The position numbers were made by a program, and so were the translations under genes. The notes beneath the pieces are model-generated. The model searched no databases. It was not told where the DNA came from and was given only the letters and a program-made list of their open reading frames with translations. This document shows, piece by piece, positions 35,941 through 45,481 of a DNA stretch of 64,000 bases. The stretch's first letter is position 1; each line of letters starts with the position of its first letter. Source of the stretch: Deltaproteobacteria bacterium (GTDB lineage: Bacteria > Desulfobacterota > Desulfobulbia > Desulfobulbales > SURF-16); contig JAOZSN010000001.1 of assembly GCA_029939635.1 (NCBI GenBank), positions 15,833 through 79,832 of the forward strand, read 5' to 3'.

Positions 35941-36351
35941 GTGCAACAAAATAGCATCAGCAGCAAAAAGGTTCTCTTAGTGACCAACATCCCGATTTTA
36001 CGGGAAGACATTCTCCACCACGGTACCAATCTCAGCAAGAGAATGGATGCCTCCTTAGAGGTGTTGCACCTTGTCCCGGAGGGTTCAACAGAAGATGCCA
36101 CTATGAGCTTTAAAACGGTTTGCAGCACGCAGAACTATGACGAGCCCATAGGCTATATCCAGCTCGTCAATGATCGGGGATTTACCAAAGAAACCGTTGA
36201 ATATGCCAAGAACAGACGAAACATTCTCTGCATTGTTTTATGCCTGCTTGACACAGGGAAATCATACAAGAAGGGCAGTCGCCAGAAGAGACTCAATGAG
36301 GTGACCAGCTCCTTAAACTACCCGGTGGTTTTAGCCACCGACGGCGCCTAA
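35941..36351 (+). CDS. Hypothetical protein, possibly universal-stress-protein-like fold
   Basis: 136-aa ORF with a GTG start. KKVLLVTNIP...LEVLHLVPEG...NILCIVLCLL alternation resembles a USP/adenine-nucleotide-alpha-hydrolase-like fold. Weak call. Confidence 0.45.
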   Translation: MQQNSISSKKVLLVTNIPILREDILHHGTNLSKRMDASLEVLHLVPEGSTEDATMSFKTVCSTQNYDEPIGYIQLVNDRGFTKETVEYAKNRRNILCIVLCLLDTGKSYKKGSRQKRLNEVTSSLNYPVVLATDGA

Positions 36352-36385
36352 GAAACATCAGCACAACATTAAAGTGAGGAACGAA

Positions 36386-36628
36386 ATGAAAGTTATTATT
36401 ACTATCACCCAAAATGTGACTTCCGTCAAAAATCAACTCTCCAGCAAATTTAACGGGACTGGAAGCATTACCGAGGCTGGCCCTTTTAAGACTGAGGCCG
36501 AGGCCCAGAACTGGAAGGAATTTATGATGAACCGGCGGGATAATTATGAAGAGATGCAGTTCCAATCATCGGTGGCCAGTGAGGCCTATTGGTTTGGCAT
36601 CACCATGGAAGGCCAAACGATCCAGTAA
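36386..36628 (+). CDS. Hypothetical 80-aa protein
   Basis: ATG at 36386 preceded by GAGGA. No family recognised. Confidence 0.45.
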   Translation: MKVIITITQNVTSVKNQLSSKFNGTGSITEAGPFKTEAEAQNWKEFMMNRRDNYEEMQFQSSVASEAYWFGITMEGQTIQ

Positions 36629-36663
36629 AACAACATCCCCGGCATTAATTTAAGGTTCCCCCA

Positions 36664-37845
36664 ATGAATACCTCATATACGCAGTCACATATCATCCGCA
36701 AACTGGCACCATTTAAGATTGATGGCATGGCCATACCTTATCCAGAGTTTGTCCCTAAACTATACAACCTCTGCATGACCTTGGGCTTTCGCAAGGGTCT
36801 TATCATGCCGTCCCGCGCTTTTTGCTCTGATGAGAACCAGGGCTGGCCCATCATCCTGCTCACCAAACATTTTGGCACCTTCCCCTTTAACCACGGGCGG
36901 GTTGGCGGTATTGTTGCCACGGATCGCCATGGACCCCATGCCAACCATGGTGAAGATTCGGTCATCGTCCAGGCCAGTCATGTGGGTTATGACCCGGAAT
37001 CAGGCAGTTACGGCAGCTGCACCCGCCCCAAGATGGCTGGCACCTGCATGTCAGTGTCCTGTGGCAAGATCACCCATGTCATCACCCCCTACTTGGAGCA
37101 ATATCAATTTGCCACTGATCGCATCTTTCTCCATCGGGATAAGGCTGGAAACCACCTGATAACGGTTAAGAATTCATTTATTGATTTTGACACCCATCCG
37201 GTCAAAGACGGCCTAGTACTGAGCCTAGAGAGTATTGTCAAACTCAACAATGATGGCAAGGTTGTTCCTATTGGTGCCATCAGTACCAGCCAGACCTACG
37301 AGGTCTCGGATGATTTCCGTAAAAAAATCAATGACACCGGCTATGTCTGGCAGAGTGGTGAAGGCGAAAAAATCGGCGCCCTGCTCAGCAGTGATCTCTT
37401 TCACTTCCGGGAAGACTTCCATGAAACTGATGAGTCGATCCTCTTAGAGAGAAACCTGATTGAATTTATGCCCACCATTGTTACCTCGCGCAACCCTCCC
37501 TTAAGGGCCGCCAAGATAAACATCCAGCTTGAATTTGCCAGGACAATGGAGTCAATCCGCCGAGGGCCTGAGTATGCTGGCAAGAACCTGCTCTATATCG
37601 CCGGCCTTAATATCGATATCTCCGAGAACGAGGATTACCCGGCCACCACCTATTTTGTCCCCTGGGCCGCCCATATCCAACTCCAGAATAATAAGGCCGC
37701 TGAATATATCCATCCGGTGGAACAGGATCAACTCTATAAACTGATCATGGAGCAGGACAGCATTAACCCGGATCAGGCCGACCTTAAAGAACAGATCGGC
37801 AGGATGCTGGAGGCACCACGGCTGGATATCCACTCACCAAAATAA
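36664..37845 (+). CDS. Conserved-looking unknown protein with Cys-x-Asp ... His ... Cys pattern (possible LCIB/beta-CA-like zinc site, speculative)
   Basis: 393-aa ORF with no signal peptide or TM. C54-S-D56 (AFCSDENQG), H106 (ASHVGYD), and C119/C128/C133 (SCTRPKMAGTCMSVSCGK). Confidence 0.7.
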   Translation: MNTSYTQSHIIRKLAPFKIDGMAIPYPEFVPKLYNLCMTLGFRKGLIMPSRAFCSDENQGWPIILLTKHFGTFPFNHGRVGGIVATDRHGPHANHGEDSVIVQASHVGYDPESGSYGSCTRPKMAGTCMSVSCGKITHVITPYLEQYQFATDRIFLHRDKAGNHLITVKNSFIDFDTHPVKDGLVLSLESIVKLNNDGKVVPIGAISTSQTYEVSDDFRKKINDTGYVWQSGEGEKIGALLSSDLFHFREDFHETDESILLERNLIEFMPTIVTSRNPPLRAAKINIQLEFARTMESIRRGPEYAGKNLLYIAGLNIDISENEDYPATTYFVPWAAHIQLQNNKAAEYIHPVEQDQLYKLIMEQDSINPDQADLKEQIGRMLEAPRLDIHSPK

Positions 37846-37957
37846 AAACCATTAAGCATATATTTATAAACTTTGCCGTCTTGTCAGAGAAGATGGCCAT
37901 AGAATTGTTATGCCAACGAAAGTCGGTATAATTAACAACATATTGGGAGGAGAATTA

Positions 37958-39916
37958 ATGGACACTTTGTTTGTGTCAATAGCTGTAATTTTTGCCGGAG
38001 GAGTCGTAGGACTGCTGCTCTATCGGCAATTTACCCTGATGAAACTGGTGGCCATTGCCACCAGTTCAGTGGGTTGCGGCATTGGTTTCATCTTTACTTT
38101 GTCGAAGCTCTTTGGTCAGGCATCAGGCTTAGATGTGAGCTATAACTGGCTTCATCTCTTCACCCTGGCCTTTAAGATTGATAGCGTTTCACTTTTTTTT
38201 CTCATCCCCATTTTCCTCATTCCGCCCCTGGCTCTGCTCTACAGCTTTCATTATCTGGAGAACAAGGAAAAACAGGCCAGGGCCGGAGTTAATTATTTCT
38301 TCTTCAGCATGCTCATTTGCGCTATGGCCCTGGTGGTCATATCTGCCAATATGATTACCTTTTTGCTGGCCTGGGAATTGATGAGTCTCTCATCCTTTTT
38401 TCTGGTCATGTATGATTATGAGGTCAAGAGTAACCGCAAGGCAGGTTATGTCTATTTCATCTTTGCCCAGGGCGGTGCCATGATGCTCTTTGCCGCCTTT
38501 GCCTTGATCTATAGCTATAATGGCAGCTTTGCCTTCGAGAGCATTGCCGCTATCCCAGATTCAGCCAAACTGCTGGTCTTTGTCCTGGCCTTTTTAGGCT
38601 TTGGCTCCAAGGCGGGTATCTTTCCGCTGCATATCTGGCTGCCCAAGGCCCATCCCGCCGCCCCAAGTCATGTCTCGGCCATTATGTCCGGGGTGATGAT
38701 TAAGATGGGCATCTACGGTATCTTTCGTATCTATCTCCTCCTTGATTCCCCCAGCCCCATGATCGGCCAGATTGTCCTTATTACTGGCATGATTACTGGC
38801 ATTCTAGGGGTGGTTTATGCCCTGGCTAAACAGGATATAAAGGAATTGCTGGCCTATAGTTCGGTGGAAAATATTGGTATCATCCTCATCGGTCTTGGCA
38901 TCGGCATGGTTGGTGTCTCCCAGCAGATTCAGGCCATGGCCTTTTTCGGCTTTGCCGGGGCCTTCATGCATGTCTTTAACCATTCCATCTTTAAATCCTT
39001 GCTCTTTATGGGGGCAGGCTCTGTCCTCCATCAGACCAAGACCAAGAATATTGAAGAGCTTGGTGGCCTGATGAAACGGATGCCTGTTACTGGCCGTACC
39101 TTTCTGGCCGGATCAGTGGCCATCTCCGGCCTGCCACCCTTTAGTGGTTTTATTGGTGAGTTTCTTATTTATTATGGGGCCTTCAACGGTCTTACCGCCA
39201 CCAAGTTACCCTATATTTTGGCCATCCTGGCCATTATTTCCTTAGCCGTTATCGGTGGCCTGGCCACAGCCTGTTTTACTAAAGTGGTTGGACTGGCCTT
39301 TCTAGGTGAGCCTCGTACGGAAAAGGCGGCCAACGCCAAGGAATCAGGCTTCACCATGGGTGCGGTAATGAGCATCATGGCCGTTGCCTGTTTGGTCATT
39401 GGCGTTCTGCCCCAGCCCTTTATCAGCCTGGCCTTTCAGGGCGTTGCTGATATTCCAGTTCTGGCTGGATTTAATACCGATGCCTTCATGGTCATTATCC
39501 GCCAGATCTCCTGCACCGCAGGTCTATTCATCGCCATCTTCATTGTGGTGAGTATCTTCAGAAAGATGCTCTACAGTGGCAAAGAGATTGGCAGCGGCGG
39601 CACTTGGGGCTGTGGTTTTACCCAACCCACCGTGCGCATGCAATATACTGGCACTTCCTATGCCGCAGAGATGGTGGATTTTTTCCGGCCCTTTGTCCCT
39701 TTCAAGGATATCTACAGCGGGATCAAAAAGATCTTTCCTGGCACAACCACCTGGGATACCAAGACCTTTGATATTGCCGACAAAAATTACCAAGAGCGCC
39801 TTATTGGGCCCATGATGACCTTGATGGCCAAATTACGCTGGATCCAACACGGTAATATCCAGCTCTATATCGGCTATATCATTGTGGCAATTATCGTCCT
39901 GCTTCTCTTTTTATAA
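37958..39916 (+). CDS. HyfB/NuoL-like antiporter-type membrane subunit
   Basis: About 16 TM. Proton-pump family motifs (WELMSLSSFFLV; FGSKAGIFPLHIWLPKAHPAAPSHVSA; AYSSVENIG). Start at the ATG at 37958 after GGGAGG. Confidence 0.9.
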   Translation: MDTLFVSIAVIFAGGVVGLLLYRQFTLMKLVAIATSSVGCGIGFIFTLSKLFGQASGLDVSYNWLHLFTLAFKIDSVSLFFLIPIFLIPPLALLYSFHYLENKEKQARAGVNYFFFSMLICAMALVVISANMITFLLAWELMSLSSFFLVMYDYEVKSNRKAGYVYFIFAQGGAMMLFAAFALIYSYNGSFAFESIAAIPDSAKLLVFVLAFLGFGSKAGIFPLHIWLPKAHPAAPSHVSAIMSGVMIKMGIYGIFRIYLLLDSPSPMIGQIVLITGMITGILGVVYALAKQDIKELLAYSSVENIGIILIGLGIGMVGVSQQIQAMAFFGFAGAFMHVFNHSIFKSLLFMGAGSVLHQTKTKNIEELGGLMKRMPVTGRTFLAGSVAISGLPPFSGFIGEFLIYYGAFNGLTATKLPYILAILAIISLAVIGGLATACFTKVVGLAFLGEPRTEKAANAKESGFTMGAVMSIMAVACLVIGVLPQPFISLAFQGVADIPVLAGFNTDAFMVIIRQISCTAGLFIAIFIVVSIFRKMLYSGKEIGSGGTWGCGFTQPTVRMQYTGTSYAAEMVDFFRPFVPFKDIYSGIKKIFPGTTTWDTKTFDIADKNYQERLIGPMMTLMAKLRWIQHGNIQLYIGYIIVAIIVLLLFL

Positions 39917-39947
39917 GTTACAACCAGAATATAACTAGGAATTAACA

Positions 39948-40865
39948 ATGGAATCAATACTATCATTTTGTTTCGCGGTTTTGATAGCGCCCCTCCTGCC
40001 TGCAGTTATCCAGAAGGTAAAGGCCTATTTTGCCGGCAAGCAGGGACCACCCCTGCTCATCAATTATTACACCATGATCAAGCTCTTTAAAAAGGGTTCG
40101 GTCTATTCAACCAGCACCAGCTTTGTCTTTAAATTAGGGCCAGTGGTGGGCTTTACCACCAGCATAATGATGCTGCTCTTCTTCCCCATGGCTGAGATCG
40201 CCCCCCTCTTCTCCTTCCATGGCGATGTGCTGATGCTCTTCTATCTCATGGGACTCGGTCGTTTCTTTACCATCATTGCCGCCCTTGATACTGCCTCGCC
40301 CTTTGAGGGCATGGGAGCAGCCCGAGAGGCGTTCTTCTCCACCCTGGCGGAGATGACAGTCTTTGGCATCTTGATCATCTTCTTTAAGCTCACTGGATCT
40401 TTAAGCTTTCAGGAGTTCTTTTCCGGTGACCATGTTATCAGCCTCATGGGCGAGTATGGCGCATTACTTCTCTTGGTAGTGGCTGGTCTCTATGTGGTTA
40501 TGCTCACCGAGAACTCCCGGGTTCCGGTGGATGACCCGGCCACTCACCTGGAGCTTACCATGATCCATGAGGTTATGATCCTCGATCATAGTGGCCCTGA
40601 TCTGGCCCTTATTGAGCTTGGCGCTTATTTCAAGCTCCTTTTTTATTCAGGTTTTCTGGCTCGCCTCATTGACCCGTTCCATTCCGCCAATGTCTGGATC
40701 AACAGCCTGCTCTTCTACAGTGTAGTAGCCTTTATTTACATCACCATCGGTGTGGTTGAGTCCATCACGGCCCGTTACAAGATGGATCTAGTCCCTAAAT
40801 TCATCCTGACCCCATTTATATTTGTCTTCTTTGTAACCATCTTAACCATGGGGGTTATGCAATGA
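39948..40865 (+). CDS. HyfC/HycD/NuoH-like membrane subunit
   Basis: 305-aa polytopic protein. Typical NuoH-family acidic loop (TENSRVPVDDPATHLELTMIHE). Confidence 0.85.
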   Translation: MESILSFCFAVLIAPLLPAVIQKVKAYFAGKQGPPLLINYYTMIKLFKKGSVYSTSTSFVFKLGPVVGFTTSIMMLLFFPMAEIAPLFSFHGDVLMLFYLMGLGRFFTIIAALDTASPFEGMGAAREAFFSTLAEMTVFGILIIFFKLTGSLSFQEFFSGDHVISLMGEYGALLLLVVAGLYVVMLTENSRVPVDDPATHLELTMIHEVMILDHSGPDLALIELGAYFKLLFYSGFLARLIDPFHSANVWINSLLFYSVVAFIYITIGVVESITARYKMDLVPKFILTPFIFVFFVTILTMGVMQ

Positions 40866-41548
40866 TTCAACTTACAGACGCTCTCTTCTCCATTAACCAT
40901 TTAGCAGATGCCCTGCTCTCTTTAACCATCCTTTCAGTATTGCTATCTCTGGGCTCCAATAGGCTGCTGACCCTGGTAAAGATCATGGCCTTTCAGGGTA
41001 TTGTGGTTTCCCTTATCCCTTTTTTCCTGGAACATCATGGCGAGATGCATACCGGCTCCATTGTCCTGCTGCAGATAATGCTGCTCATCAAGGGCCTACT
41101 CATCCCCGGCTTTATGTACACTGCGGTGCAAAAAATCAAGATCCAGCGAGAGGTTGAACCGGTAATTGGTTATAACGCCTCGCTCTTTGCCGGACTATTT
41201 TTTATCCTGGCAGCAGCCTTTATCACCGACCGCCTCCATATCTCCCTACCAGTGGAAAATGACCTATTACTGATTACCGCCATTACCACTCTGGCCGCTG
41301 GCCTCTTCCTGCTCATGAGTCGGAAAAAGGCCATCACCCAGGTCATCGGTTATCTGATGATGGAGAATGGTATCTATCTCATCGGCACAGCCCTGGCCAA
41401 AGAGACCCACACCATGTATGTCGTTGAATTTGGGGTATTACTCGATCTGCTGGTCGGCATCATGATCATGGGTATCATCGTCCACAACATCAACTCATCA
41501 TATGATGATGTGGATACAGCCCTGCTTGGACAATTAAAGGATAATTAG
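40862..41548 (+). CDS. HyfE-like small membrane subunit
   Basis: 228 aa, about 7 TM. Position and size match HyfE/NuoK-like components. Overlaps the upstream stop (ATGA). Confidence 0.7.
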   Translation: MIQLTDALFSINHLADALLSLTILSVLLSLGSNRLLTLVKIMAFQGIVVSLIPFFLEHHGEMHTGSIVLLQIMLLIKGLLIPGFMYTAVQKIKIQREVEPVIGYNASLFAGLFFILAAAFITDRLHISLPVENDLLLITAITTLAAGLFLLMSRKKAITQVIGYLMMENGIYLIGTALAKETHTMYVVEFGVLLDLLVGIMIMGIIVHNINSSYDDVDTALLGQLKDN

Positions 41549-41627
41549 TGAAAGCGCATAGACCTAAAAGTTGAATACTTCAACCTTTAAGCCTACACAG
41601 CTTACACAAACGAAAAAGGTTTAAAAC

Positions 41628-43052
41628 ATGTTAGAACTTCTAATACTCATCCCCCTCCATGTCGGGATTATAGCCATGTTCCTGCCAGCTCGGCTGGGAC
41701 GGGGGCTTTTGGTGGTGACGGCCCTCTTGCATCTGCAGCTGTCGGTCTTTGCCTGGATGGGCAAACTCACCCCACAACTTCCTGATTATTTTGCCGTGAC
41801 CAATGAAGGCATCCTTGTCCTGCTGGTCACCTCCTTTGTTTTTCTCTTTATCTCACTCTATGCCGTCTCTTATATGAATGAGACCGAGATATCCAGTGAG
41901 CCCATTTATAATGGCTGCACCCTGCTCTTTTTAGCCACCATGTCTATGGTGGCCATGGCCGATCATCTCATTGTCCTGTGGATTGCCATTGAGGCCACCA
42001 CCCTTATGAGTGCGCCGCTGATCTTTTTGCATCGTTCCAAGACCGCCTTGGAGGCCACCTGGAAATATGTAATGATCTGCTCGGTGGGCATTGCCCTGGC
42101 CCTGCTCGGTTGCTTCTTTGTGGTCCTGTCCATGGATCTTGGTGGCGTCCACACCCCCATTACCTTCAGCTCCTTAAAAGAGATTGCCCCTCAGCTTGAT
42201 CCTGTCTGGTTAAAAGCTGGCTTTATCTTCCTGGTAATCGGCTATGGCACCAAGATGGGCCTGGCTCCCATGCATACCTGGCTGCCCGATGCCCATAGTG
42301 AGGCACCCAGCCCAGCCTCGGCCCTATTATCAGGAGCACTGCTTAACTGTGCCTTTCTTGGGGTCTATCGTGGCCATCAACTGATGTACCAGGCAGGTCT
42401 TGGTGATTTTTCCAGCGCTGTACTGGTTGGCTTTGGTCTGTTGTCCATGCTCATTGCCGCCATCTTCATCTTTAATCAGACCGGTTATAAACGGATGCTG
42501 GCCTATTCCAGTATTGAGAATATGGGTATCATCGCCTTTGGCGTTGGTATTGGTGGCCTTGCCACCTACGGGGCCATGCTCCACCTCATCCATCATTCCC
42601 TGATTAAATCATCACTGTTTCTCTCCTCCGGCAATGTTTTGCTGGGCTATGGCAGTAAGTTGATTGATAAAACCGGCAATATGGCCAAGCTTTTTCCCAA
42701 GACATTTACCGCCTTTTTTGCCGGATTTGCCGGTATCTCCGGCTTTCCGCCCTTTGGTATCTTTGTCTCGGAATTGCTCATCATTATCGGTGCCTTTCAA
42801 CAGGGTAAAACCTGGAGCATCAGCATCTTTATCCTGGCTCTCACCCTCATCTTTGCCGGGGCATCCCGCCTGGTGACCAAGATGTGTTTTGCCGCCTGTG
42901 ATGACCCTGAGGTCCTGGTCAAAGAAAATTGGGCCCGCACCCTGCCTTCTTTTGCCCTGCTGCTGGCCTCAATTACCCTCTGTATATGGTTGCCAGACCC
43001 TCTGTATCAAACCATTCTTTCAGCCATTGCGACAATTGGAGGTAACATCTAA
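41628..43052 (+). CDS. HyfF/NuoN/M-like antiporter-type membrane subunit
   Basis: GYGTKMGLAPMHTWLPDAHSEAPSPASALLSG and AYSSIENMG motifs. 474 aa. Confidence 0.85.
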   Translation: MLELLILIPLHVGIIAMFLPARLGRGLLVVTALLHLQLSVFAWMGKLTPQLPDYFAVTNEGILVLLVTSFVFLFISLYAVSYMNETEISSEPIYNGCTLLFLATMSMVAMADHLIVLWIAIEATTLMSAPLIFLHRSKTALEATWKYVMICSVGIALALLGCFFVVLSMDLGGVHTPITFSSLKEIAPQLDPVWLKAGFIFLVIGYGTKMGLAPMHTWLPDAHSEAPSPASALLSGALLNCAFLGVYRGHQLMYQAGLGDFSSAVLVGFGLLSMLIAAIFIFNQTGYKRMLAYSSIENMGIIAFGVGIGGLATYGAMLHLIHHSLIKSSLFLSSGNVLLGYGSKLIDKTGNMAKLFPKTFTAFFAGFAGISGFPPFGIFVSELLIIIGAFQQGKTWSISIFILALTLIFAGASRLVTKMCFAACDDPEVLVKENWARTLPSFALLLASITLCIWLPDPLYQTILSAIATIGGNI

Positions 43053-44563
43053 TGGAGTCATTTTTACAGATCCAAAATAACGAACGCCTTGCCCGGGCCG
43101 ACATTCCCCATCTGCCATTTTTCCAGTTCCGCAATGAAATGCTGGCCTTTGCCAAAGATGGTGCCCAGGTCGTCCAATTCTTCGCCTACGAAGAGGAGGG
43201 CAGCATGAAAATGCTGGCCGTCATGCGCACTGACAAGCTCTATGTGGCAGGCTGTGATGCCCCGGAAGATGACAAATTCCCAGCCCTCACCGCTGAATCA
43301 GAAAAATTCCACATGTTTGAGCGGGAGATTGGCGAGCAGTATGGTCTCAAGGCCGAAGGTCACCCGTGGCTGAAGATGGTACGCTATCACAAAAACTATA
43401 CTGGCAAGAAAGATGTCTTTGACAATGATTATAGTCAAGATATCCCCGGTAACTATCCCTATTTCACGGTGGATGGTGAGACCGTCCATGAGGTTGCTGT
43501 AGGGCCGGTTCATGCCGGAATAATCGAGCCTGGTCATTTTCGTTTTCAGTGTTGCGGTGAGCGGGTCTTTCACTTAGAAATCCAGCTTGGCTACCAGCAT
43601 CGGGGAGTTGAAAAACTCTTTGAATCCGTACCATTTAAACGGCTGCCCATCATTGCCGAGACCATTGCCGGGGATACTACCATCGGCCATAATCTCTGCC
43701 AGGCCCAGGCCATTGAGTCTCTGGCCGATCTCAAGGTGGATGAAGGGGCAAGCATTGTCCGCACCATTGCCTTAGAGATGGAACGGATTGCCAACCATAT
43801 CGGTGATCTTGGAGCCTTGAGTCTGGATGTGGCCTTTAACCCACCAGCGGCCTATTTTGGCCGGATCAGGGGTGAGTATCTCAACTTAAGCCAGATCTTA
43901 GGCGGAAATCGTTTTGGTCGTGGCCTGGTTCGCCCAGGAGGAGTTACCCATATCATGGGAGATGAGCAACGGCAATTATTAAGCGAAAAGCTGGCCGAAC
44001 TCACCCCTGAGGTAGAGCATGTTAATGATCTCATTTTCTCTGCCCCCAGTGTCATGGCTCGTTTTGATGATACCGGCACGGTACCCTATGAAAACGCTGA
44101 AAAGATCGGCCTCGTCGGTTATGCCGGGCGAGCCTGTGGTTTATCGTATGATGCCAGGGTCAGCTTCCCCACGGAGTGTTACGCCGACCTGCCCGCCAAC
44201 AGCAATGCCCGAACCGATGGTGATGTCTGTTCCCGGGCCACCGTGCGCCGTGAGGAGATCATGCACTCCACTGCCATCATCAACACCCTGCTGGAGAAAA
44301 AAGTGGATGCGGCCAGCTATATCCCGCCCGAGGTCAATTTAGCCCCGGACTCCTTTGTGGTGTCGGTTAATGAGGCCTGGCGTGGCGAGGTATCCCACTG
44401 CATTCTGACGGATGGCAATGGTGATATCCTGCGCTATAAGGTCAAGGACCCCTCCTTCCATAACTGGACTGGTCTGGCCCTGTCCCTGCGCGACACCGGG
44501 ATTTCAGATTTCCCCCTCTGCAATAAGAGCTTTAATCTCTCTTACTGCGGATTCGACATATAA
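43052..44563 (+). CDS. HycE/HyfG-like large subunit (NuoC-NuoD fusion) lacking the [NiFe] cysteine ligands: Ehr-type
   Basis: VGPVHAGIIEPGHFRF...LGYQHRG is collinear with HycE/NuoD. The position of RVCGICGFAH reads ETIAGDTTIGH (43658-43690). The position of DPCYSCTDR reads NLSYCGFDI, at the C-terminus (within 44510-44560). Confidence 0.85.
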   Translation: MESFLQIQNNERLARADIPHLPFFQFRNEMLAFAKDGAQVVQFFAYEEEGSMKMLAVMRTDKLYVAGCDAPEDDKFPALTAESEKFHMFEREIGEQYGLKAEGHPWLKMVRYHKNYTGKKDVFDNDYSQDIPGNYPYFTVDGETVHEVAVGPVHAGIIEPGHFRFQCCGERVFHLEIQLGYQHRGVEKLFESVPFKRLPIIAETIAGDTTIGHNLCQAQAIESLADLKVDEGASIVRTIALEMERIANHIGDLGALSLDVAFNPPAAYFGRIRGEYLNLSQILGGNRFGRGLVRPGGVTHIMGDEQRQLLSEKLAELTPEVEHVNDLIFSAPSVMARFDDTGTVPYENAEKIGLVGYAGRACGLSYDARVSFPTECYADLPANSNARTDGDVCSRATVRREEIMHSTAIINTLLEKKVDAASYIPPEVNLAPDSFVVSVNEAWRGEVSHCILTDGNGDILRYKVKDPSFHNWTGLALSLRDTGISDFPLCNKSFNLSYCGFDI

Positions 44564-44564
44564 C

Positions 44565-44670
44565 CAAAGGCCTACCTGCACCCCATCTTTGCCCATTTAG
44601 TCCTGCTTGCGTAGCATGAGTACGCTTCGCAGGCCTAAATGAAAAAATATGGCGCACTGGTAAGCCTTTG
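44565..44670 (+). repeat. Nested-hairpin intergenic element, copy A
   Basis: Outer stem caaaggcctacc / ggtaagcctttg (1 mismatch). Middle stem catttag / ctaaatg. Inner stem ctgc..gcgta / tacgc..gcag. Begins 2 nt after the stop of the large-subunit gene. Confidence 0.5.
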
Positions 44671-44734
44671 CCGAGACTGAATTCACTTTGCCTTTAATGA
44701 CTCTGCTGAACTTACATATATAATAGGTGCAAAA

Positions 44735-45478
44735 ATGTTAAAAGTTATCAAAAACAGGATAGAACAGGGGCATCGAACCTCTAAATATCCCAAGGAACCC
44801 ATTGATCTCTACAAGAGATTTCGTGGTATGCCCAAGGTGGAGCAAAATTGTCCGCCAGAATTGGTGCAACGCTGTGCTGATGCCTGTCCCCAGGAATGTA
44901 TTGATGTTGACAGCAGGCAGATTGATCTAGGCCGCTGCGTCTTCTGCGGCCTCTGCGAAACATTATCCGAGGGCCAGTTTGTCAAATTCAGCACCAATTT
45001 TGAGATGGGTACGGCCAATAGGGATGATCTCTTCACCCATGGTGATCTCCCGGCCCTGGCCGAGCATTCCAAAAAGCATTTCAAGAAACTCTTTGGCCGC
45101 TCTCTGCAATTACGACAGATCTCTGCAGCAGGCTGTAACGCCTGTGAGGCAGACACCAATGTCTTGAATACCCCATTTTTTGACTTGCAACGCTTTGGTA
45201 TCCAGTTTGTAGCCTCACCCAGGCACGCCGATGGCATCCATGTTACCGGGCCAATCTCAGAGAATATGCGCCAGGCAACTATTACCACCTGGGAGTCTGT
45301 CCCTGCCCCCAAGGTAGTTATTGCCAGTGGGGCCTGCGCCATCTCAGGAGGGCCATTCCATGGCAGCCCTGAGATTGTCGGTGATCTTAACAAGTTAATT
45401 CCGGTGGATCTCTATATCCCCGGTTGCCCACCCCATCCACTAACCACCCTACACGCCCTGCTTAACTATTTTAAATAA
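44735..45478 (+). CDS. Fusion of truncated HycF/NuoI-like ferredoxin domain with HycG/NuoB-like small subunit
   Basis: The N-terminus IKNRIEQGHRTSKYPKEPIDLYKRFRGMP...CADACP...GRCVFCGLCE matches the HycF N-terminus. The C-terminal part matches NuoB/HycG: GCNACE, DLQRFGIQFVASPRHADG, SGACAISGGPF, YIPGCPPHP. Confidence 0.85.
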   Translation: MLKVIKNRIEQGHRTSKYPKEPIDLYKRFRGMPKVEQNCPPELVQRCADACPQECIDVDSRQIDLGRCVFCGLCETLSEGQFVKFSTNFEMGTANRDDLFTHGDLPALAEHSKKHFKKLFGRSLQLRQISAAGCNACEADTNVLNTPFFDLQRFGIQFVASPRHADGIHVTGPISENMRQATITTWESVPAPKVVIASGACAISGGPFHGSPEIVGDLNKLIPVDLYIPGCPPHPLTTLHALLNYFK

Positions 45479-45481
45479 GCG

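Noticed and set aside
43052-44563. Annotation as a functional [NiFe] hydrogenase-4/formate hydrogenlyase large subunit
   Set aside because: Cysteines are absent from both ligand motif positions in my alignment. No maturation, FdhF or HyfA genes are nearby. Called Ehr-type instead.
44809-45393. 194-aa minus-strand ORF; likewise 48374-49171 (+), 53700-54164 (-), 16718-17215 (-), 9297-9875 (+), 10708-11148 (+)
   Set aside because: All are antisense to well-supported genes with strong family motifs, and they have Arg/Ser/Pro-rich shadow-ORF composition.
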